DNA of 64,000 bases from the NCBI GenBank assembly GCA_012838545.1, contig DUPC01000006.1:7903-71902 (forward strand), in the 5' to 3' direction. Under the pieces are notes generated by a model. That model searched no databases. It was not told the origin of the DNA and was given only the letters and a program-made list of their open reading frames with translations. The stretch comes from Acholeplasmataceae bacterium (GTDB taxonomy: Bacteria > Bacillota_I > Bacilli_A > ML615J-28 > CAG-313). Shown here piece after piece: positions 30,613 to 39,791 of the stretch (positions within the stretch are counted from its first letter, which is position 1; each line of letters opens with the position of its first letter). The position numbers and the translations under genes were made by a program.

Positions 30613-31158
30613 TTATGAATAAATTTCTTTGGATAACCGCTTAGCTGCATCCTTACCCAAAAGGTAGGATATGATTTTATAGGCAAAGTCGAAAGTGGTT
30701 CCGGCAGCTTTGGAGGTTATGATATTGCCGTCTTGCACCACGGTTTTTTTAGGCAGGTATTTTCCTTTTGGTGCGTATTTTTCAAACGAAGGAAAACAAG
30801 TGAATTTCTTGCCATCCAAAAGACCGTGTTTGCCAAGCACAGCCGGTGCCGCACAAATAGCGCAAATCAATTTATTGTTTTCGTGGAAATATTGGATGGC
30901 GCTTTGTGTGTCTTTGCTTTCCAAATGCGTTACCGATACCGCTTTTCCGCCCGGAATAACCAAAAAGTCAAAATCCTCGAATTTAATTTCGGAAAACAAT
31001 TTGCGAACTTGAAGTTTTAAGCCACTTTGCGACATGACCGTTCGCGAATTCGTCATACTGACAAGTTCAGTTGATATTTTAGCCCGTCGTAATAAATCGT
31101 TGGTTGCTAAAGCCTCGATGTCTTCAAAGTAGTCAGCTAAAAGAATTAACCCTTTCAT
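30613..31158 (-). CDS. DJ-1/PfpI family protein
   Basis: 181 aa; nucleophile-elbow Cys in ICAICAAPAVLGKHGLL. Confidence 0.8.
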   Translation of the reverse strand: MKGLILLADYFEDIEALATNDLLRRAKISTELVSMTNSRTVMSQSGLKLQVRKLFSEIKFEDFDFLVIPGGKAVSVTHLESKDTQSAIQYFHENNKLICAICAAPAVLGKHGLLDGKKFTCFPSFEKYAPKGKYLPKKTVVQDGNIITSKAAGTTFDFAYKIISYLLGKDAAKRLSKEIYS

Positions 31159-31677
31159 TTATCTTTCCTCCTTTTTCTTTTGATTAAAATATTGGCCAAT
31201 CAAAAGTTTCACGATATGTTCAAAAATATCACTTCGACGAACGAAGCAATCGGTAAAATAACCAATAGCTCCCTCGCGATGGTTGATATTTTTTTCATTA
31301 AAGAAAATGTTCATCGCCACGCTTAATTCGACATGATTGTTCAAAATAGCACTTTTGATTTGGTCCGGCAAAGGAATTCTAGTTCCCCCCGCCCAATAAA
31401 TTCGATTATCCGGATCAATTAAAGCGCCCCAATTTACCAAAAACATTTGGTCAAAGTGAAGTTCAATTCCGGCTTCCAAACCGATGCGAAAAAATCCTTC
31501 CGGAAGAGATAACGCGCGGTTTAGAGCGCCTTGCATTGTTTCTTCGTCGGTTAACGGCTGGTTGGATACGCCGCTTTCAACATTCACCGCTTCTACGAAA
31601 AAACCTAAAGGCTCCAAGATATTTTGGGTTGCTTGGAGTTTAACGGGATTAATTGAACCAAGATAAACTTTGTGCAT
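31159..31677 (-). CDS. inosine/xanthosine triphosphatase (YjjX/DUF84 family)
   Basis: 172 aa; VESGVSNQPLTDEET and REGAIGYFT resemble the E. coli YjjX motifs. Confidence 0.65.
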   Translation of the reverse strand: MHKVYLGSINPVKLQATQNILEPLGFFVEAVNVESGVSNQPLTDEETMQGALNRALSLPEGFFRIGLEAGIELHFDQMFLVNWGALIDPDNRIYWAGGTRIPLPDQIKSAILNNHVELSVAMNIFFNEKNINHREGAIGYFTDCFVRRSDIFEHIVKLLIGQYFNQKKKEER

Positions 31678-31678
31678 T

Positions 31679-32146
31679 TTATTCTCCTAAATATTTGGTC
31701 AATATATTTTGCTTAAGAAAATAGGCTAAAAACAGTCCCAGTAAAGCACCGGATAAATTGATTGAAACATCAATAACTGAAGGGTATCTGCCAAAGGCAA
31801 ATACTTGTAAGATTTCACCCGCTGCGGATACCATCAGACAAATAACCAACATACAGCGCAAGACGATTATACGCCTATGCAAAAAAGTAGCTAAACAATA
31901 AAACCCACAAAAAGCAATCAAAAAACAGTACAGAAAGTGACCGAAGATTTTACGAATTGTTAAGGGAGACAAGTAAACGGTTTTTAACACCGGCACTTGT
32001 TCTTTTAAGGCGATAATGGTTTCCACTAAACTTCCGCTTGTTGTTTTTGATTCGCTTTGTTCTTCCCCTTTCCCTTGAGGAACAAAAGAAAGAAGAAAAA
32101 AACTAAGTAAAAGACCAATAAAAGCAACCCACCATAAGTTTTTCAC
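31679..32146 (-). CDS. VanZ-like family membrane protein
   Basis: 155 aa; four TM helices; GEILQVFAFGRYPSVIDVSINLSGALLG matches the VanZ motif. Confidence 0.55.
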   Translation of the reverse strand: MKNLWWVAFIGLLLSFFLLSFVPQGKGEEQSESKTTSGSLVETIIALKEQVPVLKTVYLSPLTIRKIFGHFLYCFLIAFCGFYCLATFLHRRIIVLRCMLVICLMVSAAGEILQVFAFGRYPSVIDVSINLSGALLGLFLAYFLKQNILTKYLGE

Positions 32147-32150
32147 AATT

Positions 32151-32789
32151 TCAACCCTTTTTTTGAACTTTTAAATAATATATCGGCATACCTTTCGCTT
32201 TAAACTTTTCTTCGTATTCGGTTGTGACAATATCCGTTCTGCCGTCATGAAGGTCAACCGAAAAGTCGCAAAAACGCCAATTATTCTCGAACAGACTCAA
32301 CACACTATATTCGAAAAAGCGCTTATTATCCGTCTTTAGTTCGATTTCTCCTTCATTTGTTAAAATCGTCCGATAGATTTCCAAAAATTTCGGCGATGTA
32401 AGACGGCGTTTGGTATGCCCTTTCTTGGGCCAAGGATCGCTAAAGTTTAAATAGATTTTGGCAACTTCTCCTTCAGAAAATACCTCCATTATGTTTGTGG
32501 CATCCATCGCAATGACTTTTAAATTGGTGGGTTTGTAAGGAGCCATTTTATCCAAGGAAACCACAATGACGCTTTCGTATTTCTCGATTCCAATAAAGTT
32601 GACATTAGGGTTTCGCATCGCTTGTTCAAGCAAAAACTTCCCCTTGCCCATGCCGATTTCCAAATGAATCGGAAAGTCGTTACCGAAGACTTTTTGCCAA
32701 TTGCCTTTTACGGCTGTTGGGTCAAAAATCATCAGGTCTTCATGTTGCATGATGCGCTCACACGCATTTTTAATATTTCTTCTTCGCAT
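32151..32789 (-). CDS. trmB: tRNA (guanine46-N7)-methyltransferase
   Basis: 212 aa; closely resembles B. subtilis TrmB (KGNW..FGND.PIHLEIGMGKG...NFSDPWPKK). Confidence 0.85.
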   Translation of the reverse strand: MRRRNIKNACERIMQHEDLMIFDPTAVKGNWQKVFGNDFPIHLEIGMGKGKFLLEQAMRNPNVNFIGIEKYESVIVVSLDKMAPYKPTNLKVIAMDATNIMEVFSEGEVAKIYLNFSDPWPKKGHTKRRLTSPKFLEIYRTILTNEGEIELKTDNKRFFEYSVLSLFENNWRFCDFSVDLHDGRTDIVTTEYEEKFKAKGMPIYYLKVQKKG

Positions 32790-34174
32790 TATTTATTCCC
32801 TAATTGCATCAACGCTTCAGCATAAATTGCCATCGCCAAAAGGAAGGTGTCGATACTCATCGCTTCATCCTTTTGGTGAGCTTGTGATACTTCATAAGGC
32901 ATTTCCATGCCAAAGGCAACGCCTTGTTTCAAAGCTCGGGCATAAGTCCCTCCGCCAATCGTTTTCGGAAGATTTTCCGTATCGTTGGTGTACTTGACAT
33001 ATGCTTGATAGAGCGTTTGCACAAGGGTTGAATTACGATCGACATAATGTGGTACTTTATCACTTAAATCAGTGATTTGCAAATTGTAATACTTTAATTC
33101 TTTTTGCCATTTTGCCCAAAATTTGTCCTTATCGTAATTAATCGGATATCGAAAGTCAAAGCAAACACGTCCGCGCAAACTGTCAATATCGATTATTCCG
33201 ATATTGCAAGTAATCGGTCCCATTTCCGTTTCGATAAAATCCAGACCCATTTTTTTCAAAAAAACATCGTTAAAGAAATGGTCCGAAACATAATTAACCA
33301 ATGGGTTGGTTAAACAATCGCTTAAAAAGTTTGCCAAATATACCCCTGCATTAACTCCCTTTTCGGGTTCCATCGCATGAGAAGCTTTGCCTTCAATCGT
33401 GTAAACATAACAAGGTTTCCCGTTATGGGTTTCTTTTGCAAAACTCCCTTGCAAGGAATGGCGGGTTAAATACTCCTCAAACCTTTCGGTAAAGTCTGAT
33501 TTGGTTTTGGCGCTCGCATGATTGATTACGATATTGTAACGCTCGCCGCCCTTAAAGGATATTAACTCGTCGTCGATGAATTCTCTGCCGATTTCCAAAT
33601 GCAATATTCCTTTTTCGCCGTAAATAAGCGGAAAATCCGAATCAGGAGCAAAACCGACCTCCGGCATTCCATAGGTCTTTTGGTAATGTTCAATGCCCCG
33701 CCAAGCGGTTTCTTCGTCGGTTCCCAGAATAATCCGCACTTTTTTCTTCAAAGGAACGTTTAAATCTTTTAGCATCTTTAGCGCATAGAACGCCGCAATC
33801 GTCGGCCCTTTGTCGTCCATCGAACCTCTGGCATATACTTTTCGGTCTTTTATCACCGGGTCAAAAGGAGGGTAGGTCCATCCTGAGCCTGTCGGAACCA
33901 CGTCTAAATGGCAAAGTACGCCGATTGTTTCATCGCCTTCGCCATATTCGATATGCCCCGCATATCCTCCATCTTTCACTGTCGCAAACCCGACTCTTTG
34001 GGCTAAATCCAACATAAAGCATAAAGCATCTTCGATTGCTTGACCAAAAGGCGTCTTTTCCGAAACGGTTTTTTCGTCATAGACGCTTGGTATTCTCAAT
34101 AACGCCTGAAGCGTTTCAATGGCTTCTTTTTCGTAACTTTTAGCTTTTTCTAAGAAATCAATTTTGTTATTCAT
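32789..34174 (-). CDS. pepV: M20 family dipeptidase (PepV/Sapep-like)
   Basis: 461 aa; M20 metal-binding motifs (HLDVVP, GSMDDKG, EETAW) and a lid domain. Confidence 0.8.
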   Translation of the reverse strand: MNNKIDFLEKAKSYEKEAIETLQALLRIPSVYDEKTVSEKTPFGQAIEDALCFMLDLAQRVGFATVKDGGYAGHIEYGEGDETIGVLCHLDVVPTGSGWTYPPFDPVIKDRKVYARGSMDDKGPTIAAFYALKMLKDLNVPLKKKVRIILGTDEETAWRGIEHYQKTYGMPEVGFAPDSDFPLIYGEKGILHLEIGREFIDDELISFKGGERYNIVINHASAKTKSDFTERFEEYLTRHSLQGSFAKETHNGKPCYVYTIEGKASHAMEPEKGVNAGVYLANFLSDCLTNPLVNYVSDHFFNDVFLKKMGLDFIETEMGPITCNIGIIDIDSLRGRVCFDFRYPINYDKDKFWAKWQKELKYYNLQITDLSDKVPHYVDRNSTLVQTLYQAYVKYTNDTENLPKTIGGGTYARALKQGVAFGMEMPYEVSQAHQKDEAMSIDTFLLAMAIYAEALMQLGNK

Positions 34175-34279
34175 TCTTTCACCTTTTCTTTTTTTGTATA
34201 TTTTAACCCTTCCTAGTCATAATATTATTGTTAACAAATTGTTCGTGATATGAATTTATAAACAAAGGAGGGTTTTATT

Positions 34280-34486
34280 TTGGATATCAACATTCGCAGA
34301 GCAGTTATTGCCAATTTGAAAGGTTCTTCCGCAGACAATATAAAGAAAACGATTGTCGATGCGATTTCCCTTGGGGAAGAGAAAGTACTCCCCGGGTTAG
34401 GCGTCTTGTTCGAACTCGTGTGGCAAAAAGGTTCTTCCGAAGACCAATCGGCTATCCTTAACTTGCTTACCCAAAGCCTTGCTTAA
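34280..34486 (+). CDS. sspI: small acid-soluble spore protein SspI
   Basis: 68 aa; MDINIRRAVIANLKGSSADNIKKTIVDAISLGEEKVLPGLGVLFELVW closely matches B. subtilis SspI. Confidence 0.8.
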   Translation: MDINIRRAVIANLKGSSADNIKKTIVDAISLGEEKVLPGLGVLFELVWQKGSSEDQSAILNLLTQSLA

Positions 34487-34498
34487 TTCTTTTAGGGA

Positions 34499-34549
34499 AA
34501 AAGGCCTAAGCCTATGAAAACATAGGTTTATAGGCCTTTATTTCTTTTT
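34499..34549. terminator. bidirectional rho-independent terminator between sspI and the convergent EIIB-like gene
   Basis: Long imperfect hairpin AAAGGCCTAAGCCTATG-aaaa-CATAGGTTTATAGGCCTTT with T-runs on both strands. Confidence 0.7.
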
Positions 34550-34897
34550 GATATGTTCAAGTTTTTCTGCCATATCAGCGGATGAACATTTAATTGTTTT
34601 ACCAATAACCATGACACCGATACTTAATTCTCTAAGATCATCGAAATTTACGAGGTTTAAGTCATTGACCTCAATGGATATGCGGTTTTCTTTTCGCTCC
34701 ACACTTATGATATTATCGGCGCCGCCAAATAGAGGCAAATAATTGTCACCGCGTTTTTCGCTAGCTCTTTTTTTAGCTTGTTTGATTACTATTTTAGTAA
34801 ACACCAAAAGAGATAATACAAAAACAGGTACGATAAAAAAGGCTATCATAATCCAGAGCCAAAGGGTACTCATACCATCAGTAGTTAAAAATAACAT
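34538..34897 (-). CDS. small membrane protein with a Cys-less PTS EIIB(Glc)-like C-terminal domain
   Basis: 119 aa; N-terminal TM helix, then LFGGADNIISVERKENRISIEV..DLRELS.GVMVIGK. This resembles the PF00367 EIIB consensus, but the phospho-acceptor Cys aligns with Lys. Confidence 0.4.
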   Translation of the reverse strand: MLFLTTDGMSTLWLWIMIAFFIVPVFVLSLLVFTKIVIKQAKKRASEKRGDNYLPLFGGADNIISVERKENRISIEVNDLNLVNFDDLRELSIGVMVIGKTIKCSSADMAEKLEHIKKK

Positions 34898-35063
34898 GGT
34901 GTCCTCCTTCTTAAAACATCAAGCCATCATCAAGTTTTTTAAAATTATCACATATTTAAAAGTCTTGAAAACTATTGATTTTCGCTTCTTAACTACATTA
35001 TACTATAACATTAATGTTTTATCAAGTATATTCATATATTTTAAAGAGGTGAAAAAATCGTTC

Positions 35064-35843
35064 ATGGTTATCAAGCAGATTATCAAATACCTCCTTTTGG
35101 GTCTTGTGCAAGGTTTTACCGAGCCCTTGCCCATCTCCAGCAGCGCTCATTTAGTCATTGCTTCACATTATTTGGGATTAGAAATAAATTTGAACACGGA
35201 GATTCTGTTGCATTTTGCTTCCTTTTGGGCATTGGTGTGGTTTTTCCGAAAAGATTTATTCAAGATGGCTAAATCCATCTTGAAACCCCAAAAATACCCC
35301 GATGAATTTAAAACTGTCTTAAATTTAAGCTTGGCTAGCCTACCAATCATAATATTGGGTTTTTTGTTTAAAAAAACGATAGAAACTTATCTTAACTCCG
35401 TAATGACGGTATGTCTATTTTTACTTTTAACTTCCGTCATTTTGGTTTTTACAAGTTTCCTAATCGATCAAGAAAAAAAGCTTGCGTCCACTTCTTCGGA
35501 TAGCCTAATAATCGGCTTTTTTCAAAGTTTGGCCATTTTTCCCGGAGTTAGCCGAAGCGCATCTACTTTGCTTGGTGCTAAGGTTTGCAAACTAAAAACC
35601 AAGCAGGCGCTGAATTTTTCGTTTTATTTGTATTTGATTGCCAGTTTCGGTGCCTTTGTTTTGGCTGTTAAAGATTATTCGTGGTCAAACTTTTCCGTAT
35701 ATGACTTTTTGACCATAGTGGTCGCTTTTGTCTCCACCCTTTGGGGCATTTCCTTTTTGCATCGCATCATTTCCAAGAGAAGTTTGTTATTTTTTAGTTT
35801 TTACACCATAGTGATTAGCGTCTTGGTATTTTTAACAAAGTAA
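35064..35843 (+). CDS. uppP: undecaprenyl-diphosphatase
   Basis: 260 aa from ATG 35064 (RBS AAAGAGGTG): MVIKQIIKYLLLGLVQGFTEPLPISSSAHLV... conserved UppP/BacA motifs. The listed ORF 34743-35843 carries a spurious N-terminal extension. Confidence 0.85.
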   Translation: MVIKQIIKYLLLGLVQGFTEPLPISSSAHLVIASHYLGLEINLNTEILLHFASFWALVWFFRKDLFKMAKSILKPQKYPDEFKTVLNLSLASLPIIILGFLFKKTIETYLNSVMTVCLFLLLTSVILVFTSFLIDQEKKLASTSSDSLIIGFFQSLAIFPGVSRSASTLLGAKVCKLKTKQALNFSFYLYLIASFGAFVLAVKDYSWSNFSVYDFLTIVVAFVSTLWGISFLHRIISKRSLLFFSFYTIVISVLVFLTK

Positions 35844-35909
35844 ATAGGTTATTAAACAAACACCATCATCTTTTCAACATATTTTATATTGAAAGTGAGG
35901 TGTTTTATT

Positions 35910-36326
35910 ATGGCTTGTTATTCACCTAATACCGTTAAACCTACACCACAGCGCGGGGAAACAATTTGTGATTTATTAAAGAAAATCGACAAAATACAGA
36001 AGGATGCAGTATTGAGCGAAATTCAAGGACGTTGCGACAGTTGTGCCTTACCGCTAATGTTTAACACAAAACCAATCGCAATTTGGACAGAATGTGGTCG
36101 TTTTGAAGCTATTACCCGCCTTTTCCCTGAAGAAATGACAACCGGTCTATTCCGGGTGGAAGAGGTGCGCGGTTGCGAAACAGTTGTATTGCGTCTGCTT
36201 GAAGTTTGCAATGGCAAAATCAAATGTACAGACGAAACAGTAACTTTACGGATTGCTTGCATTTGCGCCGTCCAATGTTTCGATCCAATTCACTGTCAGC
36301 ATGTTTGCTTTAAAGTCACAATGTAA
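35910..36326 (+). CDS. CotY/CotZ-family cysteine-rich spore coat protein
   Basis: 138 aa from ATG 35910 (RBS AAGTGAGGTG). FRVEEVRGCETVVLRLLE...CICAVQCF matches the conserved CotZ/CotY pattern as recalled from memory; 13 Cys. Confidence 0.5.
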   Translation: MACYSPNTVKPTPQRGETICDLLKKIDKIQKDAVLSEIQGRCDSCALPLMFNTKPIAIWTECGRFEAITRLFPEEMTTGLFRVEEVRGCETVVLRLLEVCNGKIKCTDETVTLRIACICAVQCFDPIHCQHVCFKVTM

Positions 36327-36382
36327 TAAAAAAGGGGAGGGGTTTTCCTCTTCCCTTACCATAATAGGACGTACTTTCAAAA

Positions 36383-36414
36383 AGAGCAACTGCCGGTTGC
36401 TCTTTCTTTTATTT
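36383..36414. terminator. bidirectional rho-independent terminator
   Basis: AGAGCAAC-tgccg-GTTGCTCT with T-runs on both strands. A second, G/C-rich hairpin lies at 36334-36355. Confidence 0.75.
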
Positions 36415-36834
36415 GACGATATCGATCCAACCGATAATCGGAAGACGCACATCGCGCCGGTCCATCAACGTCGCGATAAAACCGTATAGCGCCAGGAAAA
36501 AAATGATTCCGGAAAATATCCACTGCGCGGTTGGGTTAAAGAGTTCCATTCCCGGAATAAAGCCGATGTAATATAGGGCGACATTGCCGAGAATCAACCA
36601 CAGCCAAACCATGATTCCTTGGTTGACGTAAAACCTCGTACGTCTGGTGTCTTCCAGAAAAAGCGGAACGAAAAAGAGAAAATACGCAAAAGCATAAAAA
36701 TATTTGTTGTTTTCCCAGACCCTGGTTCGCTTGGTTTCCCGCGTTTCGTATCCCTCGACAATTTCGCTATATTCCACATCATTTCGGCGGTTGAGGTTAT
36801 GTTTCTTTCTTTTCTTATGATGTCGGTTATTCAT
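36409..36834 (-). CDS. hypothetical membrane protein with basic N-terminus
   Basis: 141 aa; His/Lys/Arg-rich N-terminus followed by three predicted TM helices. Confidence 0.4.
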   Translation of the reverse strand: MNNRHHKKRKKHNLNRRNDVEYSEIVEGYETRETKRTRVWENNKYFYAFAYFLFFVPLFLEDTRRTRFYVNQGIMVWLWLILGNVALYYIGFIPGMELFNPTAQWIFSGIIFFLALYGFIATLMDRRDVRLPIIGWIDIVK

Positions 36835-36976
36835 AAAGCCTCCTTTTTATTCTCTGCAGATTTTTGTCAAATCTTTTCATTTTATTATGTCCTAATTTTC
36901 CGAATTTATCATAAAACATTATTTCGAAAAAATGAAAAAAGGAAGTTCTTTTTATAAAGAATCTCCTTTATTTAAA

Positions 36977-38116
36977 TTAACGGTTTTTCACGATAACGTT
37001 ATTGACCATCGTCGATATTTCATTGAGGGTTGAGCGATTAAAGTTTTTGAGCGGAGTTCCAATGAATTGCTCTTCGTTTTGTGCAGGAAGGGGATAATAA
37101 GTTAGGTTTGCGGACTTCCAATCGTTAAGCCACTGGTCTTCACCCTCATAGTTTACTATCATTTCATAGGTTTTTAGCAGTGGCGTGCAATAACCGACGA
37201 CGCTTGCGTTAAGGTAGGCGATTTCCGGATCCAACAAAAAGTCAATGAATTTGTGCGCCAAATCCAAGTGACGCGCTTTTTTGGGAATCACAAAAGTGTC
37301 CATGAAAGCGATGGTTTGATTTGGGATATGGATGTCAAAAGAAATATCTTCTTTTTTTTCCCCATCGGACAGTTTGACATAAAGCATATCCAAAAAGTCG
37401 CCGGTATAAACAAAGGCTAAATCGCGGTTGCCCGCTACAATCCCTTTCTTCAAAGTATCGGTACCCCATTCGCTGAATTTGCGTTTTAGGAGAACCTTTT
37501 CCGCTTCCTTCAAAAGTTCTTCGGAGAAATCATTTGGGCTTTGGGAAAGGTAAAACATTGTCGCTGCGTAAGCAAAGCGAGGAACATCGTACATCCCCAC
37601 CCGAATTCCCTGAGGAAGCAAGTTCGGTTCAAAGAAACCTTGCCATGCGTATTTTTTAATTCCTTCTTCCAAGCCTTCCACTCTTTTATTGTACATTAGG
37701 CCAAAGGTTCCCCAAAAATACGGTACCCCATACTCCTCATATTCTTCAAACATTTGTCTTTGAATGCCTAAAACACCCGGCAAATAAGGATTGTTTAGGG
37801 GGTCGTAGTTGGTTAGTTGTGTATAATCCACCTTTTGCAACAAATCGTTTTCGACCATCCGTTCCACCATGTACTCGGAAGGAATGACCAAATCGTAAAC
37901 GGTCGTGCCGCTTTTTATTTTGGCATAGAACAGTTCATTCGAATCGGCGATGTTGAGGATGACATTACAATTGTATTTTTCTTCAAACATCGCAATAATT
38001 TCATCGTTGATGTATTCCCCCCAGTTAAGAAGCAAAAGTTTTTCGCGCTGGTCGCATCCGGTAACAGTTAAACTGATTAAGAATAAAGAAATAATAAAGA
38101 CCATCTTTCGCATCAT
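36977..38116 (-). CDS. potD: spermidine/putrescine ABC transporter substrate-binding lipoprotein
   Basis: 379 aa; lipobox LTVTGC; PotD/PotF family; last gene of the potABCD operon. Confidence 0.85.
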   Translation of the reverse strand: MMRKMVFIISLFLISLTVTGCDQREKLLLLNWGEYINDEIIAMFEEKYNCNVILNIADSNELFYAKIKSGTTVYDLVIPSEYMVERMVENDLLQKVDYTQLTNYDPLNNPYLPGVLGIQRQMFEEYEEYGVPYFWGTFGLMYNKRVEGLEEGIKKYAWQGFFEPNLLPQGIRVGMYDVPRFAYAATMFYLSQSPNDFSEELLKEAEKVLLKRKFSEWGTDTLKKGIVAGNRDLAFVYTGDFLDMLYVKLSDGEKKEDISFDIHIPNQTIAFMDTFVIPKKARHLDLAHKFIDFLLDPEIAYLNASVVGYCTPLLKTYEMIVNYEGEDQWLNDWKSANLTYYPLPAQNEEQFIGTPLKNFNRSTLNEISTMVNNVIVKNR

Positions 38117-38970
38117 TTATTCCTAACCTTTCGTTTCGACAATAGGTTTACTGTTAAAAGGACTATTGCAGTACCAAGGGTTAAGAGGGAGCTGAAAGCA
38201 TAAACTGCCGGAGTTAAACTTTTCCTTCCAATACTGCCGTAAATCCAAATCGATAAATTGTCGTAGCCGTTTCCCGTCGTATAGTAACTGACCACAAAGT
38301 CATCCACGCTCATCGTAAAAGCCAGCAACATCCCCGAAAAAATACCCGCTTTTACCGCCGGAACCATGACTTTCCAAAGCGATTTTATTGGTTTTAGTCC
38401 CAAATCCGCCGCTGCATCCATCAAGTTCGAATCGACTTCTCCAAGTTTTGGCAATACACTTAAAATGACGTAAGGAAGGGTAAAAAATAAATGTCCTAAA
38501 ATCAAAGTAGGGAGTCCAAACATATAAGGAAAGATTGGCAATAGCAGCGAGAAAACAAGCATTAAACTGATGCCCGTAACGATATCCGCATTTAGGATTG
38601 GAATATTATTCAAAAGCAAAATCCGTTGTTTCGCTTTTGGCGACAAATAATAAATTCCCATCGCTATAAAGGTTCCCAAGACCGTAGCTAAAAGCGTAGA
38701 GGAGAGGCTTACGATAACCGTGTTTTGGATGGCGGAGGAAAGCATTGGATGTTGAAAAATTTCTCCATACCATTTAAAGGTAAAGCTGCCAAAGGCGGTC
38801 AGTTCGCTGCTGGAATTAAAGGATTGCAAAGCAATGGTTATTACCGGCAAATACATCAAAAAGATAACCAATACAACCAAAACCTTGTTGAAAATTTGAT
38901 AGGCTTTTCTTAAAAAACGTTGATTCTTATATCCGTATTCTTCAACACTAGCTTTTGGGTACTTAGTCAT
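38113..38970 (-). CDS. potC: spermidine/putrescine ABC transporter permease
   Basis: 285 aa; six TM helices; EAA-like motif AAADLGLKP. Confidence 0.85.
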   Translation of the reverse strand: MTKYPKASVEEYGYKNQRFLRKAYQIFNKVLVVLVIFLMYLPVITIALQSFNSSSELTAFGSFTFKWYGEIFQHPMLSSAIQNTVIVSLSSTLLATVLGTFIAMGIYYLSPKAKQRILLLNNIPILNADIVTGISLMLVFSLLLPIFPYMFGLPTLILGHLFFTLPYVILSVLPKLGEVDSNLMDAAADLGLKPIKSLWKVMVPAVKAGIFSGMLLAFTMSVDDFVVSYYTTGNGYDNLSIWIYGSIGRKSLTPAVYAFSSLLTLGTAIVLLTVNLLSKRKVRNK

Positions 38971-39791
38971 ATTAAAGTTCCTCCATCTTTATCGACTTTA
39001 TTGACAATCAACAGCGAACCGAAGATAAAGAACAAAATCGTTATGGCAAGCAACGAACCCAAATTGTAACTCATGTTTCGGAAGGATTGTTCAATAATAT
39101 TGCCGATAAGCATGATGTTTCCGTTTCCGAGGATTTCCGGAATCGCAAAACCACTCATGCAAGGCAAAAAGACCATTATGCAACCGGTGATTACCCCTTT
39201 GAAAGATAAAGGAAAAACGACTTTCCAAAACTTGCGCATTTCGGAAACACCCAAGTCAAGGGCGGCTTCTTCCAATGATGGGTCGATTTTTTCTAATGCG
39301 GTATAAATCGGCAAAATCATAAACGGTAAATAAGTTATCACCAGCCCAATCAAAACCGCCAGGTTTGATCCTCTAAGGTTAAACCCGCTTTCAAGCCCCA
39401 AAAGGTCGGTATAGATATTGTGACGTTCCATGATGTTTCCGAGCGCTTCGGTTCTAAGCAACATGTTCGACCACATCGGGAGAATAAAGAGGGTTAAAAT
39501 TATGAATTTGTTGCGAAAACGGGAACGGAAAACGGGATAAGCCACCATATACCCCAAAACGGCGGAAACGAGCGTTGCCATTGTTGCGAACAGAAAACTG
39601 TTTAAAAAAGCTTCAATGGTGGAAGGTTCCAAGAACAACCCAAAATTCCGAAACGTAAAACTTGCTTCACCAAAACTGATTCCTTCGATATCAAAAAAAA
39701 TTAAAACGAACATTATCGCAATCGGTACGATAGCAAGAAAATAAAGCCATCCATAATACGGGTAAGCCAGTTTGCGAATCGTTTTATTCAT
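38967..39791 (-). CDS. potB: spermidine/putrescine ABC transporter permease
   Basis: 274 aa; EAA motif EEAALDLGVSEMRKF. Confidence 0.85.
   Translation of the reverse strand: MNKTIRKLAYPYYGWLYFLAIVPIAIMFVLIFFDIEGISFGEASFTFRNFGLFLEPSTIEAFLNSFLFATMATLVSAVLGYMVAYPVFRSRFRNKFIILTLFILPMWSNMLLRTEALGNIMERHNIYTDLLGLESGFNLRGSNLAVLIGLVITYLPFMILPIYTALEKIDPSLEEAALDLGVSEMRKFWKVVFPLSFKGVITGCIMVFLPCMSGFAIPEILGNGNIMLIGNIIEQSFRNMSYNLGSLLAITILFFIFGSLLIVNKVDKDGGTLI

Noticed and set aside
34743-35063. 106-aa N-terminal extension of the uppP ORF.
   Set aside because: The extension overlaps the convergent gene on the opposite strand and has no RBS. The conserved UppP N-terminus begins at the ATG at 35064, which has a good RBS.
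36327-36408. Small ORFs of 68-79 aa around the cotZ terminator region.
   Set aside because: They overlap two clear terminator hairpins and are antisense to flanking genes.
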